A stretch of 64,000 nucleotides of DNA from Takakia lepidozioides (Eukaryota; Plantae; Bryophyta): NCBI GenBank assembly GCA_030704615.1, contig CM060733.1, forward strand, positions 9,672,001 through 9,736,000, given 5' to 3'. Positions 37,623 through 49,516 of this stretch are shown here, in pieces. The notes under the pieces are model-generated. The model was not told the origin of the DNA and did no database searches. It saw only the letters and a program-made list of their open reading frames with translations. Within the stretch, counting starts at the first letter, position 1. Every line of letters starts with the position of its first letter. The translations under genes were made by a program, and so were the position numbers.

Positions 37623-39950
37623 TTACCAGTAATCCCACAAGAACAAATCCTATCTGGGAAGTGACGAAAGTGGCTGGCATCCCACACAAGATTTGCTGGC
37701 ATAGCAATCTTGGAGATATATTTGGTGGGGAGACATACTTGGTGGCAGTGTGGCAGTCACCACACACATGGAAAGAGATCCCAGGGGGAGTCTAAAAGCA
37801 GTGCCACTTTCTCACTGTGGTGGCAATGAGAAATTTCCTTATGGTGCTCCTCCACATCGTGTAACATAAAACACCTATAGACAATCTTTTCAACTCTGAA
37901 AGTTTCCTCAATTTGTGGATGAGATGTCTTCTACAACGAATGTAAGCACCCTTTGTCCACCTCATTGAGCCTGGCTCCTTCCTAATGTGCCTTTCCTCCG
38001 TGCTTGTTTCTCTCAGTTGCTTTATCATCCCACATGCCAGCTGCCATAAAGATGTTCGATAGCAGCACCAAGCTGTAGGGTGCTGTGAATCGCACTTGAA
38101 AAGTCATTTTGCTGCACCTTCCGCTAGCTCCACATTGCCATGGATTCTGCAGGCAGCAAGCAAGGCCTCACACCGTAGCATGTGGTGCAACTGCCATCAA
38201 TATACGAATCGAGACGTTTGTTTGTTTTGTTTGTTTTGTTTTGTCACATTGAGATGTCCCAAACCGTGGGGCCCCAGCATTGGTGCTTGGTACCCTTGGA
38301 AAGCCCTCCACGAGGAAGGGTGCATAGTCTCATGATTTTTGGACCTGCGGTGTGGCAGATGTGGAATTTCAAGTTCTTTGGCTCGCTGGAAATTCAGGAA
38401 AAATAGCAAAGTGGGCATTCCTGGGACAATGGGAGGAGCCTCCACAGACTCTCTTGTAAAAGAATGATGAGATGTGGCTAAAATGAATTTGAAGTACTTT
38501 TCTTCGCTGGACAATGATTGGTGCCTCGAAAGGAGAGAGATAAAGGGGAAGGTCTCCGGTTCAAATCTGGTCGTAAGCTCTGTGGAAAAAAAAAAAATTA
38601 GATACAGCTTGCTTCATATATTGATGCACTTGGACACTTGGGCCAACGGCACAGGCTACCCTAGTTTTTATTAGTGAAGACCTCTGCCCTGTCAAATCGG
38701 CCTGCATAGCCAAAGACATCCACCATGCAGCCTAAACGCTCCTCACTAGGGCTGAGCCCATGATCTTGACTCATGGAGTCAAAATGGTGATGGCTTCCTT
38801 CATCCACTAGGCCACACGACTGCATGCAGAGAAGAGATCCAAAGGTGCCACCGGCCGGCTTCAAGCCTATCTGTTGCATTTGAAGGCCTCTCTACCTATC
38901 CTGCAATCATTGTGTTGTGTGAGACCATATTGTGTTGGGCCACAGTGTTGAGCATTTGACAAGCATTCTTTAAGCTGCTACATTTGGCATACTTGTCAAC
39001 CAGGGTATTCTCCAGCACAACGTCTGGCCTGATTCCACTTTTGGTGATGTCAGCGTGGCTCTCCTGGCCTTTTTCCAGGTCTGCGATGCTGGCACAAGCT
39101 TTGAGAACGAAGGTGACCTTCTGAGCCATCACCCCTTCCTGTATCATTTGGTCATAACTCTCAAAAGCCTCCTGACCACTTCCCTGCTGACCATGTACTG
39201 CAACCATTGCACTTCATGAGACCACATCTCGTATAGACAAAGTGTCAAACATTCTCCGCTCATCCTACATGCTCCCACACTTGGCATACATGTCGGCAGA
39301 GCAGTTTCCAGTACTATATCTGATACCATGCCAGCTTTGATGATACCAGCATGGACTGTTTTGCCCTTTTGGGGGCTCGTAGGCTGGCACGCTCATTGCC
39401 AATGCAGTTGATTCTGACCCTGTCTGGGACCAACCCTTGGAGTTGCATTTGCTTGTACATGTCAAAAGCCTCCCTACCACAACCATTCTGAGCATATCCT
39501 TTGATCATTGCACTCCAGTAACAATAGCATACATGTCAACAAGGCTATTCTCCAGAATGATATATGATGCAATTCCAGCCTTGCTGATGTTGGCATGGAC
39601 TTGCTTTCCCTTTCCAAGGTCTCCTTAGGCTGGCACATGCATTGAGAATGGAAATCAATGTGACACTATTGGGTGTCACCCCTTTTTGTTGTATTTGCTC
39701 ATACATATCGAAAGCCTCCCCCCATACCCACGCTGAGCATATCCTGCAACCATTGCACTACATGAGAGCACAACATGTGGAGCCATTTTGTCAAACTGAT
39801 GCTCCCGCATTTGGCATACATGTGAACAAGGGCTGTCTCCAGAATGATATCTTGTGCAGACCCAGCTTGTGCAGACAGCAATATGTATTAAAATCGGCTA
39901 GGGTGCCTCTACAGCACCTCTTTCATCCACGCAAACAACCCTCTTTACTG
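37623..39950 (-). pseudogene. PLS-class PPR-DYW (RNA-editing factor) pseudogene, copy 1
   Basis: Frameshifted pieces [73 protein letters not shown](G)DYW-stop. Confidence 0.93.
38197..38664 (+). mobile_element. Non-autonomous Helitron
   Basis: Begins TC, ends CTAG, sits between A and T with no TSD; imperfect hairpin TGGGCC-AAC-GGCACA near the 3' end; the empty site A|TTTTTA is at 46001-46002 in copy 2. Confidence 0.85.
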
Positions 39951-41752
39951 AGCTTTTTGTACTCAATGTATGTTGACCTTCCAATTCCGTGTATGGGGGC
40001 TGCTATTTGGACTATTCTGTGAAAACCATGAGTGAGATCAGGAATGGCTCAAAAACAACCTCACACAGAACAGGATAAAACATCCTGCTTCCCAATTGCG
40101 AGCCCAACACCCTTGCAATGGATAGCTATGACAAATTCCCAGCGTTCCGGGAAAGAGAAGTGGTTTACAGGATTTTGTCCCTTCCTCGTCCTTCCTCCCT
40201 TAATTATATATTGGAGGTCCACAGGGGAAGAGTTAGAGCTATCAATTCCCAGTACCCTGACCAACGGCAGGGAGAGATGTACTGATTGACTGTTTTTTGC
40301 AAACAATCAGTCTGATTTGTCCTTGAGCTCTTAGTCCTCGCACACTATCGCACCTCTTGGAACCAGTTGTGGAGTACCAACCTACCAGGCCATGTTACAA
40401 TATCTTGGTTCCAGGGTTGCTGCTCTAACCTCGAATCTCTTGCCGACGTTAACATTGGCTGTGATAGAGAGAGAGAGTGAGAGAAAAGAATTCCCCAAGT
40501 CAATGTTGGGGGGTGCTATGTTTTTCATTTTTATGAGTCACACTCCTTAGCGACTGAGGCAATCTGAAGCTGTCACAGTTCTCAACTTGCAGTTCTTTCA
40601 TGCCAGGTCGAGCAATGAGCACAGGACAGCTCCGGAAGGAGTTCTTCCGAGAAACTTCACTGTGGTGCGACAATAGGATTGTTAAGGTGGGAAAAGTGTC
40701 ATTTTGGAGTTTGTCAAGGAGTTACTCGACTGATCATGTTTTCTGGACTGCATTTTATCTCCAGCTACTTAAATGAACGACAATTGTCTCTTTTGGTGGC
40801 TAAAAAGCAGAGTCTCACTGTTGCTAATACCAGGCCAGGTTTTTTGAGAGGAGGTCTTTTAAGCGGTTTCCAGGTTATTTGTATGATTTCAGAGCTATCC
40901 TGTTGATCTGCTGGGTGATGTGAGGCCTTCCGCACGTCCACAGCAAGGAGAAGACCAGGCCTTGGGTATGATTAATGATTTAAGGAGGGGTAAAGCCCAA
41001 CTAGGCCAGATTTGTTTGCATTTGCAAGGCTTGTACGACCCAAGCAGCTCTGAAAAGGGCAAAGATGTCCATCTAATGTTCATCATGAAAAACTGATGTG
41101 TACAAAATATGATTCTGAACAGCATGTAATGGACATGTATGCCCAACTACTGGAGTCAAGTGAGCCAGTGTTCGCCAAAATGGCTGAACCAAATGTGGTG
41201 AACTGGAGTGCCATAATCGCAGGATATGCCCAATTTGGAAATGACAAGGGATGACAGCTTCAGCAAGCAATGCCCACCATGACATTGAACACCTGTGTAT
41301 GGAATGTCAGATACCTATCTACCTCAGTCCTCCAATGGTCCTCCGGTTGATGCAGACTGTAAACTCGGTTCTGGATCAATCAGTTTTGAACATCCCTAGA
41401 GAGAGCAAGGACCAGGGTACTTACTGTCATCACCAGTACTAATGTCTCTCGATGGAGGGACTGTGGAATGTATATCTAAAGTATATCGACACATAACAAA
41501 ACTCGAACAGAGCTTTGGCAACAGATCTGTATAGAGGTGCCATAGTATCCATTACCTTTAAAGAGATATTGCATTATGGGTACAGTCCACACTGTCATGA
41601 TCACCCTCTTCAACATTTGCTTGAAGTCCATTGATCATCGCAAAATTGCAGGAAATTGCAGGACGTAGAGAAGACAAACGATCATAAAAACTAAGAGAGG
41701 TGCAGCTCGGAAAAATCACAAAACTTGGGTGATGCAACCCTCACAAATCTAA

Positions 41753-42109
41753 TCAGGGTTTTGCATCCAACCTACATTCAACCATAATGCCCCCACCCAA
41801 AAACGACGGTTCCAACTCGCGAAGGTTATGCCACTCGTCCTTGGCCTTGTTGTACGTTGCAGTGTGTCGTCGTACGCACTGAGAGGAGTAGTGATGATAA
41901 CCTTCCTCCACAATTAGAAGCATGTCACCACAAACTACGAAACACTGACAATAGTAAGTGTCACTGCAAAAATAGTCATGCAGCACGAGCTCGGGGACAC
42001 ATGTAATCCTCACCCACGTCTGGTCGGCGCTTCGAAATTCCCATACATGCCTCTTGACCAGTGCGTAGACAAGCCCATTGCTTGTATTCCAATGAAAATG
42101 TTCCTTCAT
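41753..42109 (-). pseudogene. F-box gene C-terminal fragment (5' part missing)
   Basis: SNGLVYA..VWEFRSADQTWVRITCVPE..YNKAKDEWHNLREL..IMVECRLDAKP aligns to the end of 49517-50677; no F-box motif is found upstream. Confidence 0.85.
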
Positions 42110-44504
42110 GCTATGTTATAAGCATTGTTTGCACGGAATGGTTAATGAGTACATCTCTGTCTCTCTGACATATGGTTCAGTGAGACTGAAGGTGCTACCA
42201 CAACCATGTCTTAGATTTGGGAAGTTAGATAATCACAGGCAAGGAAACACTGTCGCAATTATTATGTCAAGTCCAGCCCTCTATTTGACACTCAACCAAT
42301 AAATTATGATCTCCAAAACTTAGAACAATGTCTAGTCCAGCTCTTACAACAAACTCTCAATTCTTGACTATGCCTGCTTCTGAGGTAGTCTCATGTACCA
42401 TGGTGGGCTGGAACCTGAGAACTGGCTCCAGTTTGGGTGGAACAACGCGGAACAGACACTCACTTTGTATCTTAGGAAAAATATGTTTGTTGGCATGTGA
42501 AGAATAAGGAGCGTTGCTCTATGAAGTTCACAAGTGGTTGATCTCACGAATGTGGTGCCCACCTTGGCCCGCTAGTGAGGCGTATGAGCAAGCATGTACG
42601 TATGTCTCTTTGTTTTTTTTTCTTTGCTTCTTTATTGGGTTTTGGGTCACACATATGAAAGACTGGAACATAAATTATAGCATATATGCTTATCTAATAA
42701 GGGAGTTTAATCAATTATTCTACACCAATTCCTTGCTAATAATGTAGTCCTTAAACTGAAAGTTTCGTTTTAATGTTGATCCAAAGTGCTTATTGACTAA
42801 CTTGATTGATCTAAGTTCAAGTTCCTGCCATCAACCATAAGCAATTTATCATCAGCCATAAACAATTTGCCATCAGCAATTGGCTATCAGCAAGGGTCAC
42901 TTGGTATTTGCCGAAGTGACAAAGCAAAAGCTTCATCAGCTCATCAATGATTACATATTAAACTTTATTTAGCTGCGATTTGTCTGATAGAACATTATTA
43001 ACATTGTAACAATAGAATTATACATAAACCATGGTTTTGATAATGAATCATAAACATTGTGTTAGTTTCTCAAAATTATTTTAGATGTAACGTAATAAAT
43101 ATACTCTTTTAGTTTTTCAATAAAACTGTTTTTTAGAAAATAAAATATGTTCATTAATATTTTGGCAACGTCAACATTTAACGGATCTGAAGTGAAATGA
43201 TCCTTATGTGGCTGACTATTCAATGAGATATTATGCCCAAGTTTTTATTTGAGCTAATTTTTCTCAATTGGCTTAAATTAGTTCTAAGTAGCAATGATTC
43301 AAGTCAAAGTACCAAAATAACAACTGAAGATACTTAAGTTGAGCATCCGATTATGCTATAGTTATCTCAGCTAATTTTGCTCAATCAGCTTCAATTAGCA
43401 GTGATTCAAATAAGAATGTTCGAATAGCAGGTGGAGATAACTCTACAAATATTTTTTACTTTTTTCATAACTTTTAGATGTATTATATTTTTTATACAAT
43501 AAAGCACCAAAATTTCGCCCAACAGTTTTATAGGATATTTTAATATCAACCTTCATAAACCTAACAATGAATCTAATCAACCATGACAAATCACCATTTC
43601 CCTCTTCCATTTTTGGCATCTTACATTCAAAGAATCCACCATAACCTATAATTTTCAATTAGATAATATCAATATATCAAGTGACACCGAGGCGGTTTCA
43701 CAATTTTTTGGATTTGGGCCTTGTGGGGATTATTATGGATTACTATGGATTATTGCAACCACACAACATTATTTGCAGAAGAAGCATATTGGATCGACCA
43801 CCATTTCCCTAGCATTTAATCTCCCAAATTATTTTGTCAATCATTTCACAAACAATTTATAACTATGCGAGCTCGCATGTGACCATGCATTTGTTTTTCT
43901 TTGTATGAGTTTGGTCCCAGTTTGTTAACTTGTCCCCACTTTTGGCCAAACTCGGGGTACTCGTCCCCAGATTTTGGCACTTCACGGATAACCTTACTCA
44001 TGCCAACCACTACAGAGTCTGGAATAAGCACTATAGGAGACTGCCTGCGGCGTCCACCCGTCTTTCCCCCTTCTTCTGATGTGGACCATGGAATTTCTAA
44101 CTACACACTCCCATACAACTTTGTTCCCCACCTCCATCTCTATTAGAACTTAAACAATGTCCTTGTTGTGCATGGAAGTGGTCAGCATTCTGACATGGCG
44201 GTGTGTTGGGCATAGGTGTGGAGAGAAAAATGCCTTGCCAGCTTTTTGACTCAGTATTTTTGACTTGGCTGGTGGCAGAAACCCTCATAACTTGGGATTG
44301 TTCTTGTATACTTAGCTTGATGTGGATGACTCCTACATAAACGGCTATGATGTCCACCTGCATATAGTGATGAGGAATGTCATCATCATATGATGAGTAT
44401 AATGTATCTGTACTCTTCAATTTCAGCATGCTTCACATCCATGAACATGAGCAAAAGGTGTGGGCACCCCTGAAGACTGGTTGTTTGTTGACAAAAATTC
44501 ATAG

Positions 44505-44549
44505 GAATGGAGAAGGGTTCATTTGGAGGACTACACAAAAATGTGTTAG
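44505..44549 (+). pseudogene. Orphan duplicate of the AIG2 last exon with a premature stop
   Basis: AG|EWRRVHLEDYTKMC-TAG; upstream exons are absent and a ~270-bp deletion follows. Confidence 0.85.
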
Positions 44550-44940
44550 GCATTTGAGGCCAAGTTGAGCAAGCTATGGCAACTGCTTCTAAAATTGTAT
44601 TGCATATAGGACAGAAGCAAATAAGCAAATGATTCTGATTGAAGTTGTATTGTGGTCATGCCTGTCCTCCTTTGGAAGGTTTGGCCTCTCTTCACTATGC
44701 AACTTCAGAATGTGGAAGAATGTTATGCAGTTGCTTATCACAAAATGAATTCGAGTGCTGCAAGAAAGGTGCAATTCTCTCTTCCAACTAAATGCAAACC
44801 ACATCCAGTGAGTTTCCATGCAGGCCAAGGGAATTGAGGCTTTTGTCATATTTGTCATTCTCTTCTTCTGCTCTCTGGCTAGTAATTCAACTGACAGAAG
44901 TGTTACAGGGTTATTTACAATGCTTATGTTGCTCAATTTG

Positions 44941-47680
44941 CCAGTAATCCCACAAGAACAAATCATATCTTAGAAGTGATGAAAGTGACTGGCATCCCAC
45001 ACAAGAATTGCTCGCACAACAACCTTGGAGATATACTTGGTGGCAGTGTGGCAGTCACCACACACCCAAAGGTTCTTGATGACACGGACAGAGATCCCAG
45101 GGGGAGTGCTTACAAGTCCAAAAGCAGTGGCCACTTTCTCACGCTTCTCATTTAACAATAATAGGGTCATGAATGCCCGCACATGTGGCTGCGGCGGGCC
45201 CGCGGAAGGTGGGAGCGCCCCTACCCGAACCCCGCCAGTCAGCTTGTTGGGTCCGTTGGACCCACAATATGCACATAAAGCATTAGTTATTGCAGGGGTT
45301 TGTAAAAAGCGACGGGTAGTGTGGTGGTGAAGAGCAATGAAAGATAAACACGAGGTGTGGTGTTCAAATCTCGTTACGATGTACCGCAACAGTAACGTGT
45401 GTTATCAAATATATATGATGTCGAAGGGTCTGCCGGTCTGCTGGAGGGGGTTTGCCCAATCCGCTTCTCGGTCTGGAGGGTCTGCTAGAAGGTTGGAGAG
45501 GGTCTGTTGGAGGGTCTGCCCAGTCCGCTAGAAGGTCCGCCACGATAGATTAACAAGGACTTAGCATTCATGACCCTATTATTAAACAATGAGAGGCCTT
45601 TCTCACTGTGGTGGGAATTAGAAAACACAAAGCACCTATCAGGCACATACCTGGCCTCCTTCATTAGCGCGGACAATCTTTTCAGCCCAGAAAGGATTTC
45701 CTCAATTTGTGGACATGTCTTCTACAACGAATGTATGCACCCTATGTCCACCTCAATGAGCCTATTTCCTTCCTAATATGCCTTTCCTCCGTGCTTTTTT
45801 TCTCTCAGTTGCTTTATCATACCACATGCCAGCTGCCATAAAGATGTTCAGATAGCAGCACAAAGTTGCACAAAGTTGTAGGCTGCTGTGAATCGCACTT
45901 GAGAGAAGTCATTTTGCTGCACCTTCCGCTAGCTCGACGTTGCCATGGATTCTGCAGGCAGCAAGCAAGGCCCCACACCGTAGCATGTGGTTCAGCTGGC
46001 ATTTTTATTAATGAAGTCCTCTGCCTTGTCTAATCGGCCTGCACAGCCAAAGACATCCACCATGCAGCCAAAATGCTCCGCAGTAGGGGTGAGCCCATGA
46101 TCTTGACTTATGGAGTCAAAATGGTGAAGGCCTTCCTTCATCCACTAGGCCACACAACTGCATGCGGAGAAGAGATCCAATGGAGCTACCAGCCGGCTTT
46201 AAGCCTATCTGTTGCATTTGGAGGCCTCTCTACCACACCGATTCTGACCATATCCCGCCATTCCGTGAGACCATATTGTCTTGAGCCACAGTGTTGAACA
46301 TTTGACGAGCATCCTTTAAGCTGCCACATTTGGCATACTTGTCAACGAGGGGAGTACTCCCCAGCACAACGTCTGTCCTGATTCCACTTTTGGTGATGTC
46401 AGCTTGGATCTCCTGGCCTTTTTCCAGGCTGCGATGCTGGCACAAGCTTTGAGAATGAAGGTGACCTTCTGAGCCATCACCCCTTCCTGTATCATTTGGT
46501 CATAACTCTTAAAAGCCTCCTGCTGAGCATGTACTGCAACCAATGCACTTCATGAGACCACATCTTGTGTAGACAAAGTGTCAAACATCCTTCACTCATC
46601 CTTCATGCTCCCACACTTGGCATACATGTCGGCAAAGCAGTCTCCAGTACTATACCTGACACCATGCCAGCATGGACTGTTTTGCCCTTTTACGGGGCTC
46701 GTAGGCTGGCACACGCATTGACAATGCAGTTGATTGTGACCCTGTCGGGGACCAGCCCTTGGAGTTGCATTTGCTTTTGCTTTTGTACATGTCAAAAGCC
46801 TCCCTACCACAACCATTCTGAGCATATCCTTTGATCATTGCAATCCAGTAACAATGGCATACATGTGAACAAGGCTATTCTCCAGAATGATATATATGAT
46901 GCCATTCCAGCCTTGCTGATGTTAGCAGGGACTTGCTTTCCCTTTCCAAGGTCTCCTTAGGCCGGCACATGCATTATGGAAATCAATATAACACTATTGG
47001 GTGTCACCCCTTTCTGTTGCATTTGCTCATACATATTGAAAGCCTCCTAGCATACCCATGCTGAGCACATCCTGCAACCACTATATGAGAGCACAACATG
47101 TGGAGCCATTTTGTCGAACTCATGCTCCTGCATTTGGCATATGTGAACAAGGGCTGTCTCCAGAATGAAATCTTGTGCAGTCCCAGCTTGTGCACACAGC
47201 AATACATATTACAATCTGCTAGGGTGCCTCCTTGGTTCAGACTGTACAACACCTCTTTCATCCACGCTGCGTTACATAGTGCCTTCAAAAGAGCTCTTGT
47301 TGGGTCCGTCTCTTGGTCCTCTTTCCAAAACACTGGTGCTGGTGCAGTATGCTATCCTTGTAGTCGGTCTGCTGTCCACGAAAGAAGTGTCTGATTCAAC
47401 CCTGCCAACCTGCATGACGCAAAACTCTTACTTGAAAACCCTTACGCTCACTTGGACCTATTGTATCCTATTTTGAAGATACTTCCTACAAACACTCTTC
47501 TCGAGAACAATTTTCCTGTTAAATATCACAAGAATTTCATAACAACTGGTGGGAATAAACTGCACCAACTCTTCCTAATGTAGACTGCAATGGAACCATC
47601 ACCTGACTGTGCTGGACCTTGTATCATGAACAAGCTCTGCTTTCACCCCAGGAGGGTTTGCCCAACTCTCAACCCAAAGG
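44941..47680 (-). pseudogene. PLS-class PPR-DYW pseudogene, copy 2
   Basis: [71 protein letters not shown]; many frameshifts and stops; the 5' limit is approximate. Confidence 0.93.
45143..45597. mobile_element. Mutator-like MITE inserted in the DYW domain
   Basis: TIR GC(T/C)TCTCATT..AATAATAGGGTCATGAATGC; 9-bp TSD CTTTCTCAC (45134-45142, 45598-45606); single-copy empty site at 37807-37815. Confidence 0.9.
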
Positions 47681-49095
47681 ACCTCCTTTGTGTTCTTATG
47701 TGTGAAGTCTGGTGATCTTGGACTATTCGGTGAAAACCACGAGTGAGCATCAGATCAGGAATGGCTCAAACGCAACCTGACACAGAACACAACACTACCA
47801 TTGCTCTGAAATCTTACAAATAACCTGGAAACCCCTTAAAAGACCTCTCAAAAACCTGGCCTGGTATTATAAACTGTGTGACTCAGAGCTGCTTTTTAGC
47901 CACCAAAGTGACAAATTGTCATTCATTTAAGCAGCTGGAGATAAAAGGCAGTCCAGAAAACATGATCAGTCAAGTAACTCCTTGACAAACTCCAAAATGA
48001 TAACTTACTGACCTTAACAATCCTGTTGCCATACCGTGTGAAGGTTCTCAGAAGAACTCCTGCCAGAGCTGTTCTGTGCTCATTGCTTCATGAAAGAACT
48101 GCAAGTTGATAACTATGACAGCTTCCGATTGCCTCAGTCACGAAGGAGTGTGACTCATAAAAATGAAAAACATAGCACCCCACAACATTGACTTGGGGAA
48201 TTCTCTATCACAGTCAACGTGTAATGTCGGGAAGAGATTCGAGGTTAGAGGAGCAACCCTGGAACTGAGGTATTGTTAGATAGCCTGGTAGGTTGGTACT
48301 CTACAACTGTTCCAAGAGGTTAGATAGTATCCAAGGACTATGAACTAAAGGGCAAATCAGACTGATTGTTTGCATGACCATAATGTGAGAGAAGGGGTGT
48401 GATTCTGGGAACAAGGACCTGGGTGGCTCATACACATTTACAAACTCCCGAAAGTGCACGAAGTGTCCATGTCCATAACTTTCTTCTTTCCCGGAAGGCT
48501 GGGAATCTGTAATAGCTATCCATTGCAAGGGTGTTGACTCGGCATTGGGCAGCAGGATGCCCATTTCAGCTCCACAGCCTGGCATGTTGATTTGCTGGGT
48601 GAAGTGAGGACTTCCGCACGTCCACAGCGAGGAGAAGACCGGGCCTTAGGTATGATTAAAGATTTAAGGAGGGGTGAAGCCCAACTAGGCCAGACTTGTT
48701 TGATGTGCGACCCAAGCAGCTCTTAAAAAGGGCAAAGATGAAAAACTGATGTATACAGTATGTAATTACTAACAGCATGTAATGGACATGTATGCCAAAT
48801 ACTGGAGTCAAGCAAGCCGGCGTTCGCCAAAATGGCTGAGCCAAATGTGGTGAACTGGACTGCCATAATCGCAGGATATGCCCAATTTGGAAACGATGAG
48901 GGATGACAGCTTCAGCAAGCAATGCCCACCATGACATTGAAAACCTGTGTTATATGCCTATCTACCTCAGTCATCCAATGGTCGTCCGGTTGATGCAGAC
49001 TGTAAACTCAATTCTCATCAATCAGTTTTGAACATTCCTAGAGAAAGCAAGGACCAGGGCACTTACTGTCGTCACAAGAACTTCTGTCTCTCGAT

Positions 49096-49198
49096 TAATT
49101 GTGGTTTCTGGATTTGTTCCTCTCATGTTTTCTTCCATTTTGTCCCATAGGCTCTATGAGCTTTCCGCGGACGTTATAAAGCACCATTTCATTTCATT
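49096..49198 (+). mobile_element. 5'-truncated non-LTR retro-insertion with (CATTT)n tail
   Basis: Flanked by TSD TCTCGAT (49089-49095, 49199-49205); empty site TCTCTCGATGGAGGG at about 41445-41459. Confidence 0.88.
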
Positions 49199-49516
49199 TC
49201 TCGATGGAGGGACTGTGGAATGAATACGTTTCGATGCAAAGTATATCTAAAGTATATCGACACATAACAAAACTAGAACAGAGCTTTGGCAACAAATCTG
49301 TATAGAGGTGCCATAGTATTTATTACCTTTAAGGAGATTGCAATATGGGTACAGTCCACACTGTCATGATCACCCTCTTCAACATTTGCTTGAAGTCCAT
49401 TGATCATCGCAAAATTGCAGGAAGTAGAGAAGGCCAAACGATCATAAAAACTAAAAGAGGAGCAGCGTGCGCATATGGGAAAAATCACAAAACTCAATGC
49501 CTCATTCGGTATCTAA

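Larger units (their letters stand above)
36405..42085 (+). repeat. Segmental tandem duplication, copy 1 (AIG2 3' end, PPR-DYW pseudogene, F-box 3' end)
   Basis: Collinear with 43995-49872 from TACTCATGCCAACCACTACAGAGTCTGG to GACAAGCCCATTGCTT, apart from indels and one inversion. Confidence 0.93.

Noticed and set aside
42740-43994. AT-rich spacer between the duplicates as a defined transposon
   Set aside because: Looks TE-derived, but no paired TIRs, TSD or coding remnant could be established.
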